Source of the DNA: Candidatus Xenobia bacterium
Lineage (GTDB): Bacteria; Vulcanimicrobiota; Xenobia; Xenobiales; QWHO01
DNA length: 64,000 nucleotides
Reading direction: 5' to 3'
Assembly: GCA_045863235.1 (NCBI GenBank)
Contig: BTUM01000005.1
Location: 58,912 to 122,911, forward strand
A program made the position numbers and the translations under genes. Each line of letters opens with the position of its first letter. The stretch's first letter is position 1. The notes beneath the pieces were generated by a model. That model was not told the DNA's origin and did not search any database. It saw only the letters and a list, made by a program, of their open reading frames with translations. Below, in pieces: positions 8,352 to 17,396 of this stretch.

Positions 8352-10516
8352 CGTAAGGCCACCCAGCAGGCTGCAAGATAGATCGAGAGCAGCGGACCCA
8401 GCACCGACCAGACCTGCCCTGCCGAAAGATAGAAGTCGCTCGTGATCCAGCCCATGCCCAGCTCCATGAAGCGGCTGTTCAGGTTGAGCAGGTGGCCCAA
8501 CCCGGCGAACACCCAGCGGCTGATCGAAAGCACGCTGAGAAAGGCGATGGGGCCGGCCATGCCCTCGGGCTTGACGAAGGCCCCGCTGAGCACGATCTGC
8601 AGGATCAAGATGACCGACACCAGCGACATGGCCTGCTCGGTGGACTGGGCCAGACAGCTCAGCAACAGGCCCATCAGCACCCCTCCCAGGCAGGCTCCGG
8701 CCAGAAAGCCGTAGAGCTCGAGTTGCTCGGTGAGGCTCAGGCTCATCTGGATGCGGGACGTCACGATGAGCTGCAGAATCAGGGCCTGAATCATCCCCAG
8801 CACGCCCAGCAGCAGAACCTTGGACAGGAGATAGGGCGGAAGCTGCAGGTTGACCAGCCGCTCGCGCTCGAGGATGGAGCGCTCTTTGACCACCTCGCGG
8901 CAGGCGTTGATCACCCCGAACAGGATGCAGCTCACCATCATCGTGAACATCACGGTGGGGCCGTCCACGATGGGGAACTTGCCCTCGCCGGTCACCTCCT
9001 GGTTGAGCCGGAAGAGGTCGGCCGGGAATAAAAACGCCAGGATGAGCGCGATGAGAGGTGCCTGGCCCAACAACAGGGCCAGATTGGTGCGGTCGCTGAG
9101 CAGGAGGTTGGTATAGCGCTCGACCAGGACCGTCAGCTGGCGGATGCCGGTGGCCAGGGTCTTCAAGGGATGGCGACGCGAGCGGATGGTCCGAACCGGC
9201 GGAGCCTGCAGCTGGGTGGGCGCGGCCGAGGCCACGTAGAGTGCGTAGAGTCGGCTCTGGCGAAAGCGCTGCTCCCACTCCACGCCGGCCTGGGGGCTGA
9301 GCAGCTTGAGGTAGATGTCGGCGAAGTCCTCCACCTGGAAGAACTCCAACGCCTCGCGGGGAGGGCCATAGTAGACCAGTCGGCCGCCTGGGGCCAGGAA
9401 GGCCACCTTGTCGCACAGCACGATGTTCTGGGTGGCGTGGGTGATCAGCACGATGGTGCGGCCCTGGCGCGCGAGCTGGGCATAGAGCTGCATGGCCTTC
9501 TTCTCCAGGCCAGGATCAAGACCGCTGGTGGGCTCGTCGAGGAAGAAGACGCCCGGCTCGGTCAAGAGCTCGACCGCCACGCTGACACGCTTTCGCTCGC
9601 CGCCCGAGAGGTTGGCGATGCGGGTGGTGCGGCGATGGGCCAGGTCGACGCTGGCCAGCACGAAGTCGATGCGACGGCTCACCTCACTGGGACGGGTGTC
9701 GGGCGGCAGGCGCAGGCGAGCCGCGTAGAGCAGGGCCGACTCCACGGTCAGCTCGCGGTGCACGATGTCGTCTTGCGGTACGTAGCCGAGCAGGTGGCGG
9801 AAGGCCTCGGCCGGGAGCCCGTTGTAGAGCACCTGGCCCGAGGTGGGGGAACGCTGGCCGATCATGCATTTGAGCAGGGTCGACTTGCCCGCCCCGCTGG
9901 TGCCCACCAGGGCCACGAACTCGCGCGGGCGCAAGGGCAGCGTGATGTGGTTGAGGATGGGCCGGCTGGCGGTGGGAGGATGGAAGACCACGTCCATCAC
10001 GTCGATCCTGACCTGGCCGCGCTCGTCGAACTCGCGCAAGGTGTGACCGTCGAAGGTGAGCCGACAGGGGCCGATGTAGACCTGCTGACCGGGTCCGAGT
10101 CGGGCCTCGTCCACCCGCTGGCCGTCCACGAAGATGCCGTTGGAGCTGCCCAGGTCCTTGAGCCGGTAACCCTGCTCGGTGCGCAGCAGCTCGGCGTGAT
10201 AAGCGCTGACCATGGGAGAGTCGAGCACCAGGTCGGCGTCCCGGGCGCGTCCGATCACGAGGCGCTCGCGAGCCGTGGGGGGACCCATCAGGAAATAGCG
10301 CTCGCCGTCCACCTCGAATTGATCGCCCACCGAGATGGGGGTCAGGCGGTCGACTCGATCACCATTCAGCTCGGCTCGGCCGTGCACCACCTCGAGCCAC
10401 CAGGCGCCGTCCATGGAGAGCAAGCGCACCCGATCATGGCGCCCCAGAATCAAGCCAGCGGCCAGCGGTTGGGGCAGCGAGCCCTCCAGGGCGACGTGGG
10501 TGGGGGGACTGCTCAT
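8327..10516 (-). CDS. FHA-domain ABC transporter (two N-terminal FHA domains, ABC ATPase, ABC-2 permease fused); Rv1747-like
   Basis: FHA motifs (LILGRHDRVRL...; LVIGRARDADLVLDSPMVSAYHAEL...GSSNGIFVDGQRV). Walker A GTSGAGKST, ABC signature LSGGERKR, Walker B FFLDEPTSGLD. Six C-terminal TM helices. Confidence 0.9.
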   Translation of the reverse strand: MSSPPTHVALEGSLPQPLAAGLILGRHDRVRLLSMDGAWWLEVVHGRAELNGDRVDRLTPISVGDQFEVDGERYFLMGPPTARERLVIGRARDADLVLDSPMVSAYHAELLRTEQGYRLKDLGSSNGIFVDGQRVDEARLGPGQQVYIGPCRLTFDGHTLREFDERGQVRIDVMDVVFHPPTASRPILNHITLPLRPREFVALVGTSGAGKSTLLKCMIGQRSPTSGQVLYNGLPAEAFRHLLGYVPQDDIVHRELTVESALLYAARLRLPPDTRPSEVSRRIDFVLASVDLAHRRTTRIANLSGGERKRVSVAVELLTEPGVFFLDEPTSGLDPGLEKKAMQLYAQLARQGRTIVLITHATQNIVLCDKVAFLAPGGRLVYYGPPREALEFFQVEDFADIYLKLLSPQAGVEWEQRFRQSRLYALYVASAAPTQLQAPPVRTIRSRRHPLKTLATGIRQLTVLVERYTNLLLSDRTNLALLLGQAPLIALILAFLFPADLFRLNQEVTGEGKFPIVDGPTVMFTMMVSCILFGVINACREVVKERSILERERLVNLQLPPYLLSKVLLLGVLGMIQALILQLIVTSRIQMSLSLTEQLELYGFLAGACLGGVLMGLLLSCLAQSTEQAMSLVSVILILQIVLSGAFVKPEGMAGPIAFLSVLSISRWVFAGLGHLLNLNSRFMELGMGWITSDFYLSAGQVWSVLGPLLSIYLAACWVALRWRESSSS

Positions 10517-12072
10517 TTCGGTGCGGCCCTTGGCACCTCGCGGGCCGCCTGCCGGAACAGGTCGCGGTCGGCTTCGCTGAGCGACTCGATGGCCTCCAGG
10601 ATGGCCCCGGTGGTCAGCGGTCCCTCGCGCACTCGGTGCCGGGCCCGGTCGTAAACCTTCTCAAAGAGCGGGCTGACGGGGCCCCCCTTGCGGAGGGGAT
10701 GCTCGCGCTCATACTCCTGGGTGGCCTCGGGTCGCTCGCCCCGGCGCAGGGCCAGCTGATCGCGCAGCAGGGCCAGCCACCAGACCGCCAGCTCGTCGGC
10801 CTTGACCCCCATGCGGGTGGCCATGGCGGGTGTGATCTCGATCAGGGGGGGCTCGTCGGGCAGGGCCAGCACCCACAGCTCCTTGCGCTTCTCGCTGCGG
10901 ATGCGGGCCGGCCGGGGCACTTGCTCGCGCAGCAGGGCCACCAGCCGGTCGCCCGAGCGCTGAGCTCGCAACAGGCCGTCTTCGCCTCGTCGCGACTCGA
11001 ACAGGGCCACTTCGGCCCCATGCATGGTCACGGCAGTGGCCAGGCCGGCGGCCTGGAAGACCGGCTGGTTGCCGACACCGTCCTGCATCCAGACCGGTAC
11101 GACCAGGTTCTGGACCAGCCCCACGCCAGCCAGCACGATAGCCAGCATCAAAACCAGCACGGGCAGCCACCAGGGCGGGCGGCGAGCCGCCTCTTTGCCC
11201 CCCGATCCCGATACGGCCACCACCTGGGTGAGATGGGGGAGGGTCGCTCCCTCGGCCGGACCCTCCAGAGCCTTCACGAACTCTTCGGCAGTGGCGTAGC
11301 GATGGCGGGGATCCTTCTCCAGGCACCGCAGCACCACCATGTCCAGGTTGCGAGGCACCTCGGAGCGCAGCCGCGAGGGTGGGGGAGGCATCTGGTAGGC
11401 CTGGCGCGAGATGGTCTCGGCCACGTTCTCGGAGTGGAAGGGCGACTGGCCGGTGAGCATCTCGTAGAACACCAGCCCCAATGAGTAGAGGTCGCTCTGG
11501 GGGCCGATGGAGGCGTTGGACAGCTGCTCGGGGCTCATGTACTCGGGAGTGCCGGGCAAGAAACCGGTGCGGGTCAGGACCGGACCGGCCGAGACACGGG
11601 CCACGCCGAAGTCGGTCAGGATGATCTGATCCGGCGAAGGACAGAGCAGGTTCTCTGGCTTCAGATCGCGGTGCACCACTCCCTGGGAGTGGGCGTACTG
11701 CAGGGCTTCGCCGACCTGGCCGGCCAGCTCGACGGCCTGCTCGACGGGCATGGGCCCCTGCTCGTGCAGCACCTCGCGCAACGTCTTGCCGGCTACGTAG
11801 CGCATCACCAGGTAGTGGCCGGCCTCATGGTCCTCGCCATACTCGAGCAGCTTGACGATGTTGGGGTGATCGAGCCGGGCGGTGATGGCCGCCTCCTGGG
11901 CGAAACGCTGGATGAAGGTGGGATCGTCGGTGTGGGGGCCGGTCAGGATCTTGAGGGCCACGGGCTCCTCACCGGGTCGGCTGGCCAGGTAGACCGCCCC
12001 CATGCCCCCCACGCCCAGCTTGCGCTCGACCTGATAGGGCCCGATGCTCTTGCCTACAAAGCTCCTGGCCAT
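10513..12072 (-). CDS. eukaryotic-like Ser/Thr protein kinase with C-terminal TM and extracytoplasmic region
   Basis: Hanks-kinase motifs GVGGMGAVY, VALK, HRDLKPEN, DFG, GTPEYMSPE. Start chosen at ATG 12072 (MARSFVGKSIGPYQV). The stop overlaps the FHA-ABC start by 4 bp (ATGA). Confidence 0.9.
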   Translation of the reverse strand: MARSFVGKSIGPYQVERKLGVGGMGAVYLASRPGEEPVALKILTGPHTDDPTFIQRFAQEAAITARLDHPNIVKLLEYGEDHEAGHYLVMRYVAGKTLREVLHEQGPMPVEQAVELAGQVGEALQYAHSQGVVHRDLKPENLLCPSPDQIILTDFGVARVSAGPVLTRTGFLPGTPEYMSPEQLSNASIGPQSDLYSLGLVFYEMLTGQSPFHSENVAETISRQAYQMPPPPSRLRSEVPRNLDMVVLRCLEKDPRHRYATAEEFVKALEGPAEGATLPHLTQVVAVSGSGGKEAARRPPWWLPVLVLMLAIVLAGVGLVQNLVVPVWMQDGVGNQPVFQAAGLATAVTMHGAEVALFESRRGEDGLLRAQRSGDRLVALLREQVPRPARIRSEKRKELWVLALPDEPPLIEITPAMATRMGVKADELAVWWLALLRDQLALRRGERPEATQEYEREHPLRKGGPVSPLFEKVYDRARHRVREGPLTTGAILEAIESLSEADRDLFRQAAREVPRAAPK

Positions 12073-12375
12073 CGAGAAACACTTCCGCCCGCCGAGGGAA
12101 GAACCTTCAAGCTCGGGCGAGTTTGCCGTTCCCTCATCGAGCGAAGTTTCGTAGAACACTCCTGCGGCCACGATTTCGCGCCTTCCCGACCTGCCTCTGG
12201 GAGAGAAAACGCGGATATGAATGGGTTTGCGGTCAGGTCCACCCCTTGGCTCCAGTTGACAGACCGTGCTAAACTCTAGGTGGCGCTCAGGGAGTTCGGG
12301 TCCGGTCTTCGGTTCACGTTAGATCCTCGATACCCCAAGTGACACATATCTCGTTCCAGGTAAAGGAGTATTGAG

Positions 12376-12759
12376 GTGCACGCAGACCGAAACCTCACCT
12401 GCGTTGATTGCAACGCGTCGTTCGTCTTCACTGCTGGGGAGCAGGAATTTCATGCATCGAAGGGGTTCACCAATGAGCCTCGTCGTTGCCCCTCGTGCCG
12501 TACGGCTCGCAAGAACAGCCGTGGCGACAGTGGCGGCGGACGTCCTTCGGGCGGAGGAGGAGGCTTTGGTGGCGGCGGTGCCCGCGACCGCTACGAAGTC
12601 AATTGCGACGAGTGCGGAACCCTGACCACGGTTCCGTTCAAGCCCACCGGCAGCAAGCCGGTTTACTGCCGCGACTGCTATGCCAGCCGCGGGGGCGGAA
12701 CCTTCAGCGGTGGCGGCGGTGGCCGCGGCGGCGGCGGTGGCGGCCGGGGCCGCTACTAA
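12376..12759 (+). CDS. glycine-rich double zinc-ribbon protein (paralog A)
   Basis: GTG start 7 nt after AAGGAG. CxxC...CPxCR ribbon, Gly-rich linker (GGGGGFGGGG), second ribbon CDECG...PVYCRDCY, Gly/Arg tail. A paralog lies at 52300..52725. Confidence 0.7.
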   Translation: MHADRNLTCVDCNASFVFTAGEQEFHASKGFTNEPRRCPSCRTARKNSRGDSGGGRPSGGGGGFGGGGARDRYEVNCDECGTLTTVPFKPTGSKPVYCRDCYASRGGGTFSGGGGGRGGGGGGRGRY

Positions 12760-12763
12760 AGTT

Positions 12764-12792
12764 CAAGTGCAAGGCCTCGGGTCTTGCACTTG
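12764..12792. terminator. perfect 10-bp-stem hairpin (caagtgcaag-N9-cttgcacttg) between convergent genes
   Basis: Lies 5 bp after the stop of 12376..12759 and ~125 bp after the convergent S2P gene. No strong U-tract, so it could be a bidirectional or rho-dependent site. Confidence 0.5.
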
Positions 12793-12916
12793 ATAGCGCG
12801 CTCCGGCGCTGCCGTCAGGTTGTGCTCACGGAGCAAGCCAGCAGAAAAGCCTCCCGGGATTCCGGGAGGCTTTTTTGATCCGGACACGCCCAGGCAGTCT
12901 ACGGGCGGGACGCCCT

Positions 12917-13777
12917 TCAGGGCGTCCGCTCGACCAGTCGGGCGTCACAGTGCACGCAAAGCTCCGCTCGCGGGTGGATGCCCTGGCCGCACCGCGGACA
13001 TGGAACCAGCTCGGACTCGGTCCTGGCAGGGGCGGGGGTGGCCAGCCGGGGGCCGCGATAGAGCTCGGCCAGGTGGCTGTGCTCCAGCGCGCCAGAGCGG
13101 GCGTCCAGGCCCAGTCGGACGGACTCGATCGCCAGCAGCAGGGGGATGAACAGCAGCGTGCCCGAGACATAGAGACCCGCGGCGCAGAGCAGCCCCAGTC
13201 CGGCGCACAGCAGGCCGAGGTGGGGCAGATCAAGACGCCGCGCCAGGAGTCCAAACAGGACCTGCCCTCCGTCCAGAGGATAGGCCGGCAGCATGTTCAG
13301 GCAGAAAAGCAGCACCTGGAGCCGGAACGCAAAGTAGACCACGTTGTGCAAGAGGGCGCTCTTGGGATAGTTGTCGCCGGCCAGCGGATTGAGGTCGGCC
13401 AGCGTCACCGGGTGGCCGAACCAGGCCAGCAGGCCGGCCATGAGGAGGGCCAGGGGAAGGTGGGTCAGCGGACCGGCCAGGGCCACCCAGACGAAGGTGC
13501 CCGGGGTGCGGGTGGTGCCGGAGGTAAAGGCCAGCCCGCCCAGGGGCCAGAGTAACACCTCATCGGCCTTCCCCCCCACCCCGCGGGCCGCGAAGCAGTG
13601 GCCCAATTCGTGGATCAGCACCGTCAGGAACAGGATCAACAGCATCAGGGCGATGAGCGGATCAAAGCCCCTGGTGAATGCCAGCAACCCGATCAGGAGC
13701 ATGGTCCAGTGCAGGCGGATCCGGACCCCGAAGAGCTCGCCAAGGGAAAGGCCCCGCCCGAAGAGGTCACCCATCAC
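12917..13777 (-). CDS. site-2 protease (peptidase M50 family) with C-terminal zinc ribbon
   Basis: HELGH zinc-binding motif and the LDGG motif of M50/S2P. Multiple TM helices. C-terminal CPRCG...CVHC. Overlaps the upstream gene stop by a few bp. Confidence 0.85.
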   Translation of the reverse strand: MMGDLFGRGLSLGELFGVRIRLHWTMLLIGLLAFTRGFDPLIALMLLILFLTVLIHELGHCFAARGVGGKADEVLLWPLGGLAFTSGTTRTPGTFVWVALAGPLTHLPLALLMAGLLAWFGHPVTLADLNPLAGDNYPKSALLHNVVYFAFRLQVLLFCLNMLPAYPLDGGQVLFGLLARRLDLPHLGLLCAGLGLLCAAGLYVSGTLLFIPLLLAIESVRLGLDARSGALEHSHLAELYRGPRLATPAPARTESELVPCPRCGQGIHPRAELCVHCDARLVERTP

Positions 13778-14844
13778 TCGCGCACAAAATGGTCGTCTTG
13801 AAAGACGTACTTGCCCTGGCTGGTGGTGATGCGCCCATCCTTGACCGTGACCGGAGAGTCACTGGGGAATCGGTAGCGCAGCAGCTTTTCGCGGGTGGCC
13901 GTGACCAGGTCCAGGGCGTGCTCGCCTTCCTCGAGCTCGAGAAAGAGCAGCGCGTCCTTATGCTCGGTGACCCGTTCCGAGCGGATCTCCAGCAAGCGCA
14001 CGGCCAGGTCGGGCTTGAGCAGAGGCTTGCCATCCAGCTTGACGAACTCGATGGGAGCCTGCTTGTAGACCCGTCGCTGACGGCGCAGAGCCTCCACCTT
14101 CAGCCCTACCTCACCCTGCCCGGGCTCGATCACCCGCAGCAACTCATTGTCGGTGTCCTGGTCGAGATCGACGGAAAGGCTGCCGACCAGTTTGCCAGGC
14201 CAGGTCACCTGCCCCATCCAACCCTCCTCGGCCAGGGTCTCCAGCGAGCGGGCCGGGTCGGAGGAGAGGCCGGTCAACTCGTTGAGGCAGGCGACGAAGT
14301 CCTGCTCGAGATAGAAGCTGCGAGCCCGGGCCAGTTTGCGAGATTCGCTCGAGCCGATCCGATCGGCCAGTTGGCGAAGCGCGCCGCCGTCGCGCAGCTG
14401 CCAGGCTTGTTCTGCCTGCTCTCTCAAGCGTGCTTGTTGAAACTGGCCCAGTCCCAGGCCGAGGAGACCCAGGCCCAGGGACAGGCCCAGCAGGCCGCCC
14501 AGCAGGGCGTGACTTCGGCGTCGGTGGGGGGCGGGTTGGGAGGCGGCAGCCATGAGGCGGCGCAGACCCCCCTGGCCCAGCCAGACCCCTGAGCAGGAGG
14601 GGCAGGCCTCCAGCTCCTGGCCCTCCGCCTTTGCAAGACAGAGCTTCTGGCCGCAAGAAGGGCAGCTCGAGGCTCCAGTGCGAGCCGGCTCCAACTTGAG
14701 AGCGCTGGGAGCCAGGCGACACAGGGCTGCCAGGTCGCCGGCCGAGAGGAAGGTGCCCCCACACTTGGGGCAGCTTTGCAGGCTGCGACCGAGCACCTCG
14801 AGGCCGGTCAGGGCGGTTTGGTCGGCAGGGCAGAGGGGCTCCAT
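13774..14844 (-). CDS. single-pass membrane protein with tandem N-terminal zf-TFIIB-like zinc ribbons (anti-sigma-factor-like)
   Basis: Start at ATG 14844 (MEPLCP...). CPKCGGTFL...AGDL and CPSCGQKL...CPSCSGVWLGQGGL match the CPxCxxxL...CxxCxGxWxD pattern. A Gly/Leu TM helix and a ~200-aa periplasmic domain follow. Translationally coupled to the S2P gene. Confidence 0.65.
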   Translation of the reverse strand: MEPLCPADQTALTGLEVLGRSLQSCPKCGGTFLSAGDLAALCRLAPSALKLEPARTGASSCPSCGQKLCLAKAEGQELEACPSCSGVWLGQGGLRRLMAAASQPAPHRRRSHALLGGLLGLSLGLGLLGLGLGQFQQARLREQAEQAWQLRDGGALRQLADRIGSSESRKLARARSFYLEQDFVACLNELTGLSSDPARSLETLAEEGWMGQVTWPGKLVGSLSVDLDQDTDNELLRVIEPGQGEVGLKVEALRRQRRVYKQAPIEFVKLDGKPLLKPDLAVRLLEIRSERVTEHKDALLFLELEEGEHALDLVTATREKLLRYRFPSDSPVTVKDGRITTSQGKYVFQDDHFVRE

Positions 14845-14920
14845 GGCCCTCTCTGTTCGCTCGGACTTGAAAATTCCCCCTTCGGGCAGGGTTGCAACCC
14901 GCGCGGTGGAAAGCATCTAC

Positions 14921-15652
14921 GTGAAGCGGTTTGTCCTGGTGACCTTTCTTGCTTGCCTGCTGGCGCTGCTCTCCGGCTGGTTCTTGTGGTACTCCACCTC
15001 TGATCGGCGCACGGCCACGCTGGAGGTGCGCACCATTCCGCGCGGGGCCCGGGTCACTGTGGATGGGCGGCCTCTGGAGGGCCAGGAGCTGACCGGTTTG
15101 ACGGGGGGCGAGGTCGAGGTCGCGGCCACTCTGCCCGGTCACAAGGAGATGCGCCAGAAAGTGGCCCTGAAGGCCGGAGAGCGTAGCCTGGCCCGGCTCG
15201 AGCTGGCGCCCAGCTCGGGTGAGCTGGCCCTCAAAGTGAGCGGTCCCGAGCACTTCAAGGTCAAGGTAGGGCCCGATCCCGAGCGCACCTACCGCGACCA
15301 GACCAAATTGCAACTGGCTCCGGGTCGCTGGCGGGTCGAGGTCAGCGCCGAGGGCTACCCGGCCACCCACAAGTGGGTGGAAGTTCCCGCCTCGGGCCGG
15401 ACCGAGCTGGCTCTGAGCCTCAAGCGCGAGCAGGTCGAGCCGCCGCCGCCTCCGCCTCCGCCGGCCCGTCCCGCTCCGCCGCCTCCTCCCCGATACACCC
15501 CCGTCTACGTGCCCGAGCCGGTTTACTATCCGCCCCCCCGGCCTGTCTACTACCCACCCCCGCCGCCACGACCCATCTATCGCCCCCCGCCTCCTCCCGC
15601 TCCGGTGCCGGTGGAGCCCGATCCTGAACCCGCCTTCACGCCCATTCCATGA
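14921..15652 (+). CDS. PEGA-domain membrane protein with Pro/Tyr-rich C-terminal tail
   Basis: GTG start at 14921 gives an N-terminal TM (FVLVTFLACLLALLSGWFLW). An upstream ATG at 14843 would overlap the divergent gene's start codon. TLEVRTIPRGARVTVDGR is a PEGA-like motif. The tail runs EPPPPPPPPARPAPPPPPRYTPVYVPEPVYYPPP. Confidence 0.65.
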   Translation: MKRFVLVTFLACLLALLSGWFLWYSTSDRRTATLEVRTIPRGARVTVDGRPLEGQELTGLTGGEVEVAATLPGHKEMRQKVALKAGERSLARLELAPSSGELALKVSGPEHFKVKVGPDPERTYRDQTKLQLAPGRWRVEVSAEGYPATHKWVEVPASGRTELALSLKREQVEPPPPPPPPARPAPPPPPRYTPVYVPEPVYYPPPRPVYYPPPPPRPIYRPPPPPAPVPVEPDPEPAFTPIP

Positions 15653-16926
15653 GACTCTGGCTGCTCATCGCCTTGCTGGTCCTACCCTTGCTGGCCGCTC
15701 CTCAGCTGCGGCCCGAGCAGACCATGGTGCTGGTCGTGGGGCCAACCTCCTCGCCCATCGACGAGAACGAGCAGGCCGTGGTCACGCGCCTCAACGACGT
15801 TCGCAAGCAGGCGGGGCTGACTCAGCTCCTACTGGCCACCATGCACTTTGATCAGCCCACCCAGGCCAGGATCTGCCGCGAGAAGCTCGGCATCACCGAG
15901 TCCGACCTCATCTGCCTGGCGGTGGTCCAACTCGACCTCAAGACCCGTCGCCCGGTCAAGACCCTCTACAAGGTTTCAAAGGTCACCCCGGCCTCCCTGG
16001 AGCAAGTGGAGAAAACGGTGCGTCAATGGGCCGCTCAGAGCGGCGTCAAGGTGCCCGCCGAGCTGGGCGTAGCCCCCCGGTTGACCGTGGTCCGTAATCC
16101 CGCCGCCCTGCAGGGAGTGGATATGAACGGCGATGGCAAGACGGACATCTTCACCGTCAAGGAGGGTCGCTGGCTGGTCAGCTACAGCGCCACCGAGCCC
16201 TACGCCCTGTTGAGCAATCAGCCACCCATCAAGCTGGAGAGGATGGGTTTTGGAGACTTTGACGGGGACGGGAGGACCGATGTTTTCGTTGTCCCCGAGG
16301 ACAGCTACTGGCGGGTCTCTCTGGGCGGAATCGGCCCCATGGCTCAGCTCAATGAGCTGAAGGAGGGCCCTCGCTCGCTCCGCTTCGCCGATCTCGACGG
16401 GGACGGCCGCACGGACGTCTTCAACGCCAACGGAAGCCAGTGGCGCTACTCGTCCTCAGGGGCTCAACCCTGGAAGGTGCTGCAGAACTCCAATTTGAGG
16501 GCCGAGGAGCTCGCTCTGGCCGACTTCAACGGCGACGGCAAGGCCGACGTCTTCGCCGTCGTCAACGGGGTCTGGAAGGTCTCGCTGGGGGGCACCGAGC
16601 CCCTCGCGACCTGGAACCCGAACCAGGGAAACAAGTTCGAGCGCCTCCGCTTCGGCGACTTCAACGGGGACGGCAAGACCGACGTCTTCACCGAGCTTCG
16701 CCACGAGTGGCTGCTCTCCGACAACGGCAAGACGCCGCTGCGCAAGATCAACCAGGCTCGCGGCATCGGTGTGGCCGACATGGGCGCGGGCGACTTCGAC
16801 GGGGACAAGAAGGCCGATATCCTGGTGGTGAAGGACAACCGCTGGTCGCTCTCGTCGGGGGGAACCGGCCCCCTGAAGGCGGTCAACTCGGATGCCGGGG
16901 TATCGATCAGGGGTCTGCGATTTTAA
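15649..16926 (+). CDS. secreted FG-GAP/VCBS-like repeat protein
   Basis: Signal peptide. At least 7 repeats of the D(F/L)(N/D)GDG(K/R)TD(V/I)F calcium-binding type. The ATGA overlap with the PEGA gene indicates an operon. Confidence 0.8.
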   Translation: MRLWLLIALLVLPLLAAPQLRPEQTMVLVVGPTSSPIDENEQAVVTRLNDVRKQAGLTQLLLATMHFDQPTQARICREKLGITESDLICLAVVQLDLKTRRPVKTLYKVSKVTPASLEQVEKTVRQWAAQSGVKVPAELGVAPRLTVVRNPAALQGVDMNGDGKTDIFTVKEGRWLVSYSATEPYALLSNQPPIKLERMGFGDFDGDGRTDVFVVPEDSYWRVSLGGIGPMAQLNELKEGPRSLRFADLDGDGRTDVFNANGSQWRYSSSGAQPWKVLQNSNLRAEELALADFNGDGKADVFAVVNGVWKVSLGGTEPLATWNPNQGNKFERLRFGDFNGDGKTDVFTELRHEWLLSDNGKTPLRKINQARGIGVADMGAGDFDGDKKADILVVKDNRWSLSSGGTGPLKAVNSDAGVSIRGLRF

Positions 16927-17093
16927 GCCGGGCCCTGGTCGGGTTTCGCCAGAACTCCCGGAAGTGACTGGGCGGCGGGTTTGCTACCCTCATCAACGGC
17001 TGCTCTCCTGAGAGTTGCTGGCTGCGGCTGGTCAGATGCTCACTGGTCAGGCGGGGTCGACAGAGGTTGGCCGATCCGGAGGGGCTCTCCCGT

Positions 17094-17396
17094 TCAACCA
17101 GACCGACGGCGCCCGAGCCTCACGTCGTCACGGAACACCCGGTAAGGCTGACCGTTCCGAATCCTGACCTGCCACAGGATGCTCCCGCTTCGCTCGCGTC
17201 GGGCCTTCATCGTGCCCCCGTGCAGGTGCCCCTGGTGGTGCACGTCGCACACCCCCGCCAGGTTGGCGTCCTCGTCGCCCCCGCCGTGCGAGCGAAACTC
17301 CAGGTGGTGCTGGTGCAGGAAGGCGCGCCGGGTGCAGCCCGGCACCTGGCAGCGATAGTCGCAGGCCTCCATGATGCGCCGCGTGCGAGAGCGCAT
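17094..17396 (-). CDS. HNH endonuclease domain protein (start uncertain)
   Basis: The CxxC...HHLEFRSHGG...N...CDVHH motif is typical of an HNH nuclease. The first ATG is at 17396. The reading frame stays open up to the stop of the cyclase gene at 17653, so a non-ATG start further upstream is possible. Confidence 0.55.
   Translation of the reverse strand: MRSRTRRIMEACDYRCQVPGCTRRAFLHQHHLEFRSHGGGDEDANLAGVCDVHHQGHLHGGTMKARRERSGSILWQVRIRNGQPYRVFRDDVRLGRRRSG

Noticed and set aside
6696-9416. 906-aa ORF as one gene
   Set aside because: The N-terminal ~355 aa are an Arg/Pro-rich overlap with the FHA-ABC gene in another frame. Only the C-terminal 551 aa, from a signal-peptide Met, look like protein.
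9170-10654. 494-aa + strand ORF
   Set aside because: Antisense to the well-supported FHA-ABC transporter gene. His/Gly/Ala-rich artefact.
12172-12375. TTGACA at ~12207 as the promoter of the zinc-ribbon gene
   Set aside because: No acceptable -10 element at 16-18 bp spacing. Not reported as a feature.
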